IMG/VR virus record: IMGVR_UViG_3300045988_081729
Source of the DNA: a virus
Length of the DNA stretch: 42,398 bases
Strand: one strand, 5' to 3'
A model generated the notes under the pieces. That model had not been told where the DNA came from. It did no database searches and saw only the letters and a list, made by a program, of their open reading frames with translations. The position numbers and the translations under genes were made by a program. This document shows positions 23,514 through 31,264 of this stretch, piece by piece (the stretch's first letter is position 1; every line of letters begins with the position of its first letter).

Positions 23514-24758
23514 CTATATCCCTCCTTTCACCTTTCTGTTCAGCCGTGGTTTCGCCTTGCGTTCTTCCTCAATGGAGTATCGAAGCATCGCCATGGCATC
23601 ATCAAAAAATGGAACTGGCTCTTCGAGATAAGTGTTGGTACGCTCATCCTTCTTCCACTTCCATTGCTGAATTTCTTTTATTGTATTGACGCAGGACGGG
23701 TAAATATGGATTCTGTGCTGTTTCAGGTAATCTATCTGGGCATGCACGCTGTTCGGCTCCTTCTGCACGCCTTTTGCGCGGTATCCCGCCTTCTGCCACA
23801 TCTTGATACGGTCCGGCTCCGCAGAATCGCACCACATGCGCAGGCGCTTGTTGAACTGCCCCTCCGCCAGCCGGATGATCTCGTCCGTGTCCATCTCATA
23901 CACGTACAGTTCCCGGCATAGATACAACTCACCATCCTTAAAGCCAACCTCACCGATGCAATTGGCGTGATTGAATCCGAAATCCTGTGCATTGACCATG
24001 TAATCGAATCGTTCCGGTGAACAGTCAAATTCTTCGACAACATAGTTTTTGAGGATCAGTCCGGCGACCTCGCCCCATTCCCCCAGGCCATATACCCGAT
24101 ACCCCTCTGGATCCACTTCCTTACGCCGCATCATACGTCTTCGGTAGGCATCATCGATAAAGCGGTTCTGCTCGTAGGTTGACTGATGTGTCAGAACATC
24201 CGGATCTGACCGGTCAAAAAACACACGCTTAATCCAGTGGTACGCCGATACCGGGTTGAACGTCATCCGTATCTGATAGAACTGTCCATCCGGCAGTTCA
24301 CCACGGAGACGGTCATCAATGATCTCGAAGTCCGCCTGCGTAATTTCCGTGGCTTCTTCAATCCACACATCGGTCAACTTTCCACGCTTGAAAGTAATGG
24401 ATTTCAGCTTTTCACGCTGTTTCTCATCATTGACTCCACGGAAAATGATCTGATTCCTGTTGATCTTACACTCCATAATCATGTTGGAGCTGTTGATGTG
24501 CCAATATCTCTTATACTGCTCCCCAAACATACGAAAAATAGCACCCTGCAATTCTGCAAAAGTGCTATCCCTGTTTGTCACGTCCGCCTTTCGAACGCAT
24601 AGAAGATTTCTTCCCGGATCCTGCATCAGCCGCAGGATATAATTCTGCGCCGTATCAACGCTCTTCCCCGATCCGGCAGAGCCTTTCATAACAATATACC
24701 GTTTTCGGTTGCGGTCAACTTCTTTGAAGCCTGGGTTCATCTGGACGTTTATGTTCAT
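23514..24758 (-). CDS. terL: Terminase large subunit (PBSX/Terminase_3-like)
   Basis: Walker A KGSAGSGKS near the N-terminus. Nuclease-half acidic motifs. ATGA overlap with terS. Confidence 0.9.
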   Translation of the reverse strand: MNINVQMNPGFKEVDRNRKRYIVMKGSAGSGKSVDTAQNYILRLMQDPGRNLLCVRKADVTNRDSTFAELQGAIFRMFGEQYKRYWHINSSNMIMECKINRNQIIFRGVNDEKQREKLKSITFKRGKLTDVWIEEATEITQADFEIIDDRLRGELPDGQFYQIRMTFNPVSAYHWIKRVFFDRSDPDVLTHQSTYEQNRFIDDAYRRRMMRRKEVDPEGYRVYGLGEWGEVAGLILKNYVVEEFDCSPERFDYMVNAQDFGFNHANCIGEVGFKDGELYLCRELYVYEMDTDEIIRLAEGQFNKRLRMWCDSAEPDRIKMWQKAGYRAKGVQKEPNSVHAQIDYLKQHRIHIYPSCVNTIKEIQQWKWKKDERTNTYLEEPVPFFDDAMAMLRYSIEEERKAKPRLNRKVKGGI

Positions 24759-25270
24759 CCGGAATCGTCCTCTCCGTAATTAATTGTGATGTTGAGATCC
24801 ATATCTGTATCCAGCTCAACTTTATCCTTGAACATACCAAGGTGTTTTCCAAGAAGCTCCAGTGCTCTCATCTTATCATTTAATCGGACTTCCCTTTCAA
24901 CTGACGATCCTTTTTCACCATCCATAGTTTTAACTTTTACTGACTGAATACATGCCAAATCATCTTCTGTGGCATCTGCTCGAATAGAAGCATCTTCAGA
25001 ATTGATTACTTTTTGCGGATTCACAAAAGCTATTCGCGCCAGTTCTTGGATTACTCTGTCTTGGTTGATACCTGTCCTTTTTGACCTTTCGGCCATTGCC
25101 TGCTGAATCGCTTCTGAAACTGGAGTTTTCTGGAGTAATTCATTTCCTATTTCGCTGGCTCTTTGTGAGTTTCCTGCTTTATAGCCAGCTCTGATCGCGG
25201 CCTGCGTTGCATTCAGGTCGATCAGATACTCCTCAACAAATCTCTGCTGCTTTGCAGTCAATTTTGCCAT
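24755..25270 (-). CDS. terS: Terminase small subunit (Terminase_2/P27 family)
   Basis: Start moved to ATG 25270: MAKLTAKQQRFVEEYLIDLNATQAAIRAGY... is the canonical Terminase_2 N-terminus. Confidence 0.85.
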   Translation of the reverse strand: MAKLTAKQQRFVEEYLIDLNATQAAIRAGYKAGNSQRASEIGNELLQKTPVSEAIQQAMAERSKRTGINQDRVIQELARIAFVNPQKVINSEDASIRADATEDDLACIQSVKVKTMDGEKGSSVEREVRLNDKMRALELLGKHLGMFKDKVELDTDMDLNITINYGEDDSG

Positions 25271-25299
25271 CCTGCAACACCGCCTTTCTGTTTCTGCAC

Positions 25300-25326
25300 G
25301 CAAAAATTCCCCGCATCTCTGCGAGG
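25300..25326 (-). terminator. Rho-independent terminator between the tRNA-like element and terS
   Basis: Minus strand CCTCGCA-GAGA-TGCGGGG (7 bp, one G-U pair) followed by AATTTTTG. Lies 30 nt upstream of the terS ATG. Confidence 0.6.
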
Positions 25327-25373
25327 AATCCTTATAAGAGTAACAAATCGGAGAATCTCCAGTCAATGGAGAG

Positions 25374-25441
25374 TTGGAACGGCAGGATTCGAACCTGCGC
25401 CTCGTGCCGGCGTCTCTGCGCTCTCCTTGAGCTACGTTCCA
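25374..25441 (-). ncRNA. tRNA-like element (intact acceptor stem, T-arm and D-arm-like hairpin; no canonical anticodon arm found by hand)
   Basis: Minus strand TGGAACG-TA-GCTCAAGGAGAGC-...-GCAGGTTCGAATCCTGC-CGTTCCA-A. 7-bp acceptor, perfect T-arm/T-loop, only 68 nt. The 21 nt where the anticodon arm should be (GCAGAGACGCCGGCACGAGGC) do not form a 5-bp stem. Confidence 0.5.
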
Positions 25442-25482
25442 ATAGCACTTCCTACCGTTTTTTGTAGTTATGGCACTACATA

Positions 25483-25510
25483 ACTATAAAATTCAAGCAG
25501 GCCTTGTCAA
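25483..25510 (-). promoter_or_regulatory. Near-consensus sigma-A promoter upstream of the tRNA-like element
   Basis: Minus strand TTGACA (25510-25505), 16 nt, TATAGT (25488-25483). Predicted start about 35 nt before the tRNA-like 5' end. Confidence 0.55.
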
Positions 25511-25723
25511 TCTCTCTAAGGCGGTGCATCGCTCTCAGTTCAGATGTCTGGGGGCTTCGTTCAACATCGTACATCATTCGGACTTTTTCCACGGGCTGAT
25601 GCCGCCCAATCAGCGGTCAAGCTGTAACACCTGACCGCCGCTCAAAATACATTCACAAGGAGGTAAAGAAAAGATGAAACCCTTCCTGCCGTTCTTCCAT
25701 GATACACTATAACATTTTGAATC

Positions 25724-25747
25724 GTAACATATGTAACAAACGTAACA
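25724..25747 (-). promoter_or_regulatory. Three direct GTAACA (TGTTAC on minus) boxes with exact 9-bp spacing: candidate late-activator site / late promoter
   Basis: GTAACA at 25724, 25733 and 25742, immediately downstream of the late-activator stop. On the minus strand they are followed 12 nt later by TATAGT (25711-25706), with no -35. Confidence 0.4.
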
Positions 25748-25751
25748 AAGT

Positions 25752-26174
25752 TTACTCTTTCTCGAAAAATCTTTGAAATTCCATTTTCACACTGCCCTCC
25801 GTAGCTTTCCGCCCCAGTTTACTTGCCACCTGGCTCCAGCTCATCTCCTCGAAGACTCTGTACTTGATGATCCGCTGCATCCTCTGCGGAATGTGGTTCA
25901 TCCACTGCTCCACTTCTACCTTCAACCGCTGGGCGTTTTCCCGGCGCTCTTCCAGGATTTTCTCCTCGTACCGCAGGCGCGAGTCCTCCTCATACGTAAA
26001 CGCCGTCCCAGCGATCTTAAAGTGCTGCGGATTGTACGGAAATTCCGGATTGCTCCCGGACACGTTCGTCTGCACGATGGTCTGCCGCTTCTTTTTCAGC
26101 CGTCTAATGTCCTTTTCCGTCTCTTTGATCAGCTCGCATGCGTCTATGTACTGCTCCAGAACCTTTTTCTCCAT
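25752..26174 (-). CDS. Late-gene transcriptional activator candidate (RinA/ArpU-like, sigma-70 region-4-type HTH)
   Basis: Start at ATG 26174 (GAGGAGGTG RBS). C-terminus ...RMQRIIKYRVFEEMSWSQVASKLGRKATEGSVKMEFQRF is a region-4-like HTH. Size (140 aa) and position just upstream of terS match RinA/ArpU-type regulators. Confidence 0.6.
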   Translation of the reverse strand: MEKKVLEQYIDACELIKETEKDIRRLKKKRQTIVQTNVSGSNPEFPYNPQHFKIAGTAFTYEEDSRLRYEEKILEERRENAQRLKVEVEQWMNHIPQRMQRIIKYRVFEEMSWSQVASKLGRKATEGSVKMEFQRFFEKE

Positions 26175-26187
26175 TGGTATCACCTCC

Positions 26188-27663
26188 TCACGCAAATCTC
26201 AACTGCTCCTGGCTGTCATTGATGTTAAGGTTCGGCACCCGCTCCCCTACTTTTAAGTACGAGCAGTTGGCTTCTACTAACTTTTCCGCCATAATCGGCA
26301 CCACACTGTTCCCGATCCGCGCCACCTGCTTTGCAATCGGGTACGGTTTCCAGTTGTAATCCCGATCAATGATATAATCTTTCGGGAATCCTTGCATCAG
26401 CTTCAGTTCTTCCGGTTTCAGCATTCGCAGGAAGATATCCTTCAGAATGTATTTTTCTCCCTGAATATCCAGCACCACATTAACCAAACCAAAACGATCC
26501 TTCGTGGTGATCGTATCCAGTGGCCTGTCAATGCCTTGGCAGCTTCCGCCGGATCCGTAATATTTAATCAGGAATGCGGATATCAGCCCGAAGTGCCCCG
26601 GCGATGTTGTAATCGTATGCAATGGCTCATCGCAACCCTGTCCGATACCAGTCTTGTAATATTTGGTAATAAACGCTGTCACCAGCCCGTACCGGTTACT
26701 GGTATCAATGGTCTTGATCGGCTCCGTTAGAAACTGGCCCCGGGAATCTCCGGCTTTCGTCTCGCCGTGATACTGGATGAGAAAAGCAGTCACCAGACGA
26801 TTGTGATCTACGGTGGTAATTGTGCTGCAAGGAGAATGCAGGTCACTTCCACAACCTTTATAGTTTCCACCATATGCTTTATCCAGATACGACAAAAACA
26901 GCTTTTCTCCATCTTTTACGATATATGGATTCGGATTTTCCACGATATATTTCCGGATTCCATTCGCGATACGCTTCATAGTCGCGTCCGCCAGAGGCTT
27001 TGGCCTATCAAATATGGATCGTCCAAAATCTGACCAGTCTATGTAGTCGCCACAGGCTTTCCACCGTGGCTCTCGATCCTTGAAGTGAGTCGGTGCCGGC
27101 CATACAATCTCACGTCCGTCTCTCCGGAAGATTGCGTACCAGCGTTTCCGTGTCGTGGGTGCTCCGTAGTCTGCTGCTATCAGTTCTCTGCACTCAAACA
27201 TATATCCAAGAGATTTCATTGCCATAATAAATTTTCGATAGTCCTCTCCACGACGTTCCTTAATCGGATGACCATTACTGTCAAGCGGCCCCCACTGTTG
27301 TATTTCCTCTACGTTTTCCATCAGGATCACGTCCGGCAGAATTGCTTTAGCGTGTTTGTAAACAGCCCACGGAAGAATTCTCAATCCTTTCTCCCGTGGT
27401 TTACCGCCTTTTGCCTTGCTATGGCTTGTACAGTCCGGCGACGCCCACATCAGAGCCACGTGCCGGCCTTTTACATATTTCTTCAAGTCAACCTTAAAAA
27501 TATCTTCTGTTAGATGCAGCGTGTTCGGATGATTCGTTTTGTGCATCAGGATGGCATCCGGATCGTGATTAATCGCAATATCTACCGGTCTCCCCAGTGC
27601 CATCTCGATGCCGACGGAGGCGCCGCCCCCGCCAGCAAAGCAGTCAATAATCAGATCCTTCAT
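26188..27663 (-). CDS. DNA (cytosine-5) methyltransferase, orphan
   Basis: Motif I DCFAGGGG, motif IV SPDC, motif VI ENV, motif VIII TTRKRWY, QGFP and motif X IGNSVVP. No restriction endonuclease gene nearby. Confidence 0.85.
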   Translation of the reverse strand: MKDLIIDCFAGGGGASVGIEMALGRPVDIAINHDPDAILMHKTNHPNTLHLTEDIFKVDLKKYVKGRHVALMWASPDCTSHSKAKGGKPREKGLRILPWAVYKHAKAILPDVILMENVEEIQQWGPLDSNGHPIKERRGEDYRKFIMAMKSLGYMFECRELIAADYGAPTTRKRWYAIFRRDGREIVWPAPTHFKDREPRWKACGDYIDWSDFGRSIFDRPKPLADATMKRIANGIRKYIVENPNPYIVKDGEKLFLSYLDKAYGGNYKGCGSDLHSPCSTITTVDHNRLVTAFLIQYHGETKAGDSRGQFLTEPIKTIDTSNRYGLVTAFITKYYKTGIGQGCDEPLHTITTSPGHFGLISAFLIKYYGSGGSCQGIDRPLDTITTKDRFGLVNVVLDIQGEKYILKDIFLRMLKPEELKLMQGFPKDYIIDRDYNWKPYPIAKQVARIGNSVVPIMAEKLVEANCSYLKVGERVPNLNINDSQEQLRFA

Positions 27664-27754
27664 TGTTTGACCCTCTTTTCGAGAAATTGTTTTCTTTGAT
27701 ATTTTTCATTTTTTTCTTTTGCCCCGGCCGGAGGCTGGCTCCTTTCTGCATTTG

Positions 27755-27904
27755 TTATTTTTTATGTTTCTGGTTCCACTCGTTCAGATATTCCATCTGT
27801 TCCTCGTCCTCCCGCGGATCCTTCGGCCGCTCTGGCCGGTTCAGCAGCAACGCCGCCGCACCAACGACTACTCCACAGAACACGATGATTCCAATCACTG
27901 CCAT
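27755..27904 (-). CDS. Small membrane protein (49 aa), missing from the ORF track
   Basis: GGAGGAGTAG-ATG. Hand translation: MAVIGIIVFCGVVVGAAALLLNRPERPKDPREDEEQMEYLNEWNQKHKK (one TM helix). The track ORF 27762-28013 is in another frame. Confidence 0.55.
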   Translation of the reverse strand: MAVIGIIVFCGVVVGAAALLLNRPERPKDPREDEEQMEYLNEWNQKHKK

Positions 27905-28114
27905 CTACTCCTCCTCTCTGCCCTTCCAGCAGCGTTCCAGTTCTTCCAGGACTGCCATGCATACCTGGTTTACAAACTCTCCATTTCCGAACGTTTTCGC
28001 AAGCTGAGAGCATTCCCGAACACTCTCCTCATAATCCTGTTCTTTTCCTGGCCGATCATAATACTTCTTGAAGAATCGCCAGACCTCTGTAAAGAATTTA
28101 AAATAATTCATCAT
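27905..28114 (-). CDS. Hypothetical phage protein (69 aa)
   Basis: ATGA overlap with the RusA stop. No motif recognised. Confidence 0.55.
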   Translation of the reverse strand: MMNYFKFFTEVWRFFKKYYDRPGKEQDYEESVRECSQLAKTFGNGEFVNQVCMAVLEELERCWKGREEE

Positions 28115-28512
28115 GGCAGCTCCTCAATCTTGATGTAAATGCCTGGGATGCGCGCCCAGAACTTTTCCACGATCTCTGACGCAACCAGTGCATCATCTTT
28201 CCAGAATCCTACCGTCGTCATGCAATCTTTCAGCAGCTTCTGCAGGTTATCGGTGTCAGGCTTTGTAGTCCGGTATTCTCCGTCCTTATGTTTCTCTCCC
28301 TGCGGGAAGCACCACTTTGTAACCAGGCGTACACCTTTCTGGTACGGTTCCATGTCTTCTGGCTTATATTTACACAGATGCCCAATCAGTTTCTGCCGGG
28401 CTCTTTTTAATTCTGGTGTTTCGTAAAATACCGGTTTCCCATTTACGATTGCAACTTTATGTTCCTGATGTGTTATCGTCGGCGGGTTCATCGCCATAAA
28501 AAAATCAATCAT
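28111..28512 (-). CDS. rusA: RusA-family Holliday junction resolvase
   Basis: TKPDTDNLQKLLKDCMT...WKDDALV is the RusA catalytic-region signature. Start at ATG 28512 overlaps the upstream stop. Confidence 0.8.
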   Translation of the reverse strand: MIDFFMAMNPPTITHQEHKVAIVNGKPVFYETPELKRARQKLIGHLCKYKPEDMEPYQKGVRLVTKWCFPQGEKHKDGEYRTTKPDTDNLQKLLKDCMTTVGFWKDDALVASEIVEKFWARIPGIYIKIEELP

Positions 28513-28723
28513 GATAATCAGCCCCTCTCCAAGTACCAGATTTTTTATCAAATGTGATGCAACCCCAAGATCTTAATTTGTCAGCAAACAAATTCAAAAG
28601 CTCCGGCTGTTCTTTCAGCCACAGAAGAACTTCGTCTTTCGATGCGTCATAAATTTCTCCAAAGGGGATTCTTCTAAGCGGAGGCATCTGTCCCGCAATT
28701 TTGAGTCGTTTGTCGTGTGACAT
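28505..28723 (-). CDS. Hypothetical phage protein (72 aa)
   Basis: ATG with GGAAAGGAA RBS. First gene after the iteron region. No motif recognised. Confidence 0.55.
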   Translation of the reverse strand: MSHDKRLKIAGQMPPLRRIPFGEIYDASKDEVLLWLKEQPELLNLFADKLRSWGCITFDKKSGTWRGADYHD

Positions 28724-28755
28724 GTTTTATCATTCCTTTCCTGCGCGTCTGTGCT

Positions 28756-29022
28756 GGGTGGGTATGCTCCTAACCCGTTGTGGGGGCGTACTCAATCGCC
28801 CCACACTTAGGGTGGGCATGCCCGCACATTCCCGCCCGATTAGGGTATATATTTATATACAGGTGCCGGGCGGGCATTCCTGCCACCTAAAAAACAAGGT
28901 GTCGGGCAACTTTCTGCCCGATGCCCGTTACCATGATCGCGGGCATTCCCGTTACCTATGTTGTTTTAGGTGTCGGGCATTTGCCCATAACCTAAAATGT
29001 TTCAGGTATCGGGCAAATACAA
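28756..29022. repeat. Iteron-rich, palindrome-rich non-coding region with an AT-rich core: putative origin of replication
   Basis: GGTG(T/C)CGGGCA-type boxes at about 28862, 28898, 28969 and 29005. GGGCAT(G/T)CC boxes at about 28813, 28872 and 28942. Palindromes TCGGGCA-n6-TGCCCGA (28901-28920) and TTAGGT...ACCTAA (about 28966-28995). AT core gggtatatatttatatac (about 28843-28860). Confidence 0.55.
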
Positions 29023-31259
29023 CGCGTATCTTTATTTACCATAAATCCGATTTCTTTTAATGAATTTCGAACCGTTTTTTCCTCCGGATATTTCTCGCCG
29101 GTTGCTTCTGCATCCGATTTCAGGACTTCATACAGCTCCTTTACAGTCGGATATTTGTCCTCATGCGTAAACCGGAAATTTTCTATCGCCATCTTATATT
29201 TTTCCTTTTTGGCTTTACGCGCTTGCTCTCCTTGTTTCTTTCTGGCTTCTCTACCTTTCTGCCATGCCGGTTTGTCTGCTTCCAGCTCAAGATCTTTCAG
29301 CACACCGATCTGATCCAGACAGTGAACCGGATACTCAAACCACATGTTGACCGGTTCGAACTTTGGAAATTCTCGAAGTGTCCCTTCGATTCTCCATGCC
29401 GTATGGGCCTGTACTGCCGCTTTTGCCTCGGTGATCTGCTTGTCCAGGGCTATCTTCTGCCACCGGTCCAGATGCGCCTCGCAGTAGCTCATCATCTGCG
29501 CACTGCTTAGTAAATCGTCCTGCGAAAGATCATCCTCCCACTTGAAATGCGCATCCAGATAATCCGTACACGCCTTGCAGATCGCTTTATTTTCTTCCTG
29601 CTTCATCAGCGCTTCCGTAGGTTCCAGCTCGATCAGATCCAGCAGAGCATCCGGATCACGGGCAAATACACCGGAACCAGAAGCACGATCCATGGACTTC
29701 TTTCCGCCCTGGTTTCCTTTACTGTGATGATGGCAATAAATCACCGCGCATCCAAGCTCTGTGCAGACTTTATCAAATTGGTTACAGAAATTCGCCATCT
29801 GATCCGCGCTGTTCTCATCTCCTGTAATGACCTTATAAATCGGGTCAATGATGATCGCCACATAGTTCTTCTTCGCAGCACGCCGGATCAGCTTTGGTGC
29901 CAGCTTATCCATAGGGACTGATTTACCACGCAGGTTCCAGATATCAATATTCTGCAGATTATCCGGTGTAAAGCCCATTGCTTCGTATACATCCTTAAAA
30001 CGGTGCAGACAGCTCGCCCGGTCAAGCTCCAGGTTGACGTACATGACCCGTCCCTGCGCACAGTGCCACTGCAGCCACTTCTTTCCTTCTGCTATGGCTA
30101 TACACAGCTCGATCTGCAGGAATGACTTACCTGCCTTAGACGGACCGGAAATAAGCATTTTATGCCCTTTTCTTAAGATTCCATCAATCAGACACGGTGA
30201 CAGCTCCGGCAGATTATCCCATACACTTTCCAGCCCTTCCGGCTCCGGCAGATCATCGTTGACACCCTCAATCCATTCGTACCATTCATTCCAGGACTGT
30301 TTTCCGATGTTAGTATCTACGATGAACTGTTTCTTTTCACCACGCTGCACTCCTGGCATTCTGGAAAGTCTCGATGGATTCCGGTTCTGTGTATCCACGT
30401 CGATTCCGTTTTTCTGGCAGACTTCATACAGATAATCAACCCGTTTTCGATACTCGTTGTAATCTGCCGCATCTACCCGCACAATAGCATGCAGGCTCTT
30501 TTTTCCGGAATATACCAGGCAGGCGATCGGAAGTTCTAGCTCCCGCAGGATAGCATTCTGCTGTTCCAGCTCCATATGATCTGACTCTACTAAAGCATAC
30601 CGGTATTCTGTTACATTTTCATTTTTACAGCCGTTTCCGTCCAACGGATTGAAGCGGATCCACGCCCCGGCTTCCGGATTGTAGTCACCAAGTACTGCGC
30701 CAATGTCCCCTTTACAGTCGTTCAGCAATTCAATCAACTGTCCGGCAGTACGGTCCCAGCTGCCTTTTTGTGGCAGCCAGCGCGTACCTTTTTCATCTGT
30801 CTTTTCCCAGCTTCCAGTGACGTATCCTACGTTTTCTCCTGCTTCAAACAGTGTTTCCAGATACGTGATCAGCTGCTCCGCCGGATTCCAGTTGGAAGGC
30901 TCCTGTATCTCTTTCCCTTCCAGCCAGTTTTTATCCACAACAACACGATCACTGTCCACCGCGATACTGTCGTTCCAATCCAGTTCATGGCCCTTCTCCG
31001 GAACCCATCCATGATCCAGGGCAAGCTGTACGATCGTGCCGCCGGTTACCGGTGAGGATGAGCCGGAAAAGGTTCTCCATTTTTTCTCACATTCATTTGT
31101 ATGATATCTGCCGTAATCTTTCTGGCTCCAGGCATCCCACACAGAAACCGGATACCCTTCCTGTTTCAGAGCCATTCCAACAGAACACCATTCCTGATAA
31201 GTAAGCTCGGATGGATTGATATGTTCTATAATTTCTGTAAGGCTCGTCCTCTGTTCCAT
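28992..31259 (-). CDS. Bifunctional replication protein: PriCT-2 + archaeo-eukaryotic-type primase-polymerase + RecA-like (AAA_25/RepA-type) helicase domain
   Basis: N-terminus YQEWCSVGMALKQEG...WDAWSQKD...CEKKW (PriCT-2-like). AEP motifs YALVESD, KKSLHAIVRV, NPSRLSRMPG. Walker A ISGPSKAGKS and Walker B VAIIIDP. Confidence 0.8.
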   Translation of the reverse strand: MEQRTSLTEIIEHINPSELTYQEWCSVGMALKQEGYPVSVWDAWSQKDYGRYHTNECEKKWRTFSGSSSPVTGGTIVQLALDHGWVPEKGHELDWNDSIAVDSDRVVVDKNWLEGKEIQEPSNWNPAEQLITYLETLFEAGENVGYVTGSWEKTDEKGTRWLPQKGSWDRTAGQLIELLNDCKGDIGAVLGDYNPEAGAWIRFNPLDGNGCKNENVTEYRYALVESDHMELEQQNAILRELELPIACLVYSGKKSLHAIVRVDAADYNEYRKRVDYLYEVCQKNGIDVDTQNRNPSRLSRMPGVQRGEKKQFIVDTNIGKQSWNEWYEWIEGVNDDLPEPEGLESVWDNLPELSPCLIDGILRKGHKMLISGPSKAGKSFLQIELCIAIAEGKKWLQWHCAQGRVMYVNLELDRASCLHRFKDVYEAMGFTPDNLQNIDIWNLRGKSVPMDKLAPKLIRRAAKKNYVAIIIDPIYKVITGDENSADQMANFCNQFDKVCTELGCAVIYCHHHSKGNQGGKKSMDRASGSGVFARDPDALLDLIELEPTEALMKQEENKAICKACTDYLDAHFKWEDDLSQDDLLSSAQMMSYCEAHLDRWQKIALDKQITEAKAAVQAHTAWRIEGTLREFPKFEPVNMWFEYPVHCLDQIGVLKDLELEADKPAWQKGREARKKQGEQARKAKKEKYKMAIENFRFTHEDKYPTVKELYEVLKSDAEATGEKYPEEKTVRNSLKEIGFMVNKDTRCICPIPETF

Positions 31260-31264
31260 ACTCT

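Noticed and set aside
25674-25712. Plus-strand mini-ORF MKPFLPFFHDTL preceded by AAGGAGG
   Set aside because: It is only 12 codons and lies opposite to every neighbouring gene. The SD-like string is more simply part of the structured minus-strand leader. There is no promoter or partner gene on the plus strand.
27762-28013. 83-aa minus-strand ORF from the track
   Set aside because: It overlaps the 69-aa gene out of frame and lacks an RBS. The 49-aa ORF in the other frame (27755-27904) has a GGAGGAG RBS and fits the gap exactly.
28756-29022. Possibility that the short repeats are a CRISPR array
   Set aside because: The repeats are 10-12 bp, degenerate, irregularly spaced and partly palindromic. 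There are no 25-40 bp repeat/spacer periodicity and no cas genes.
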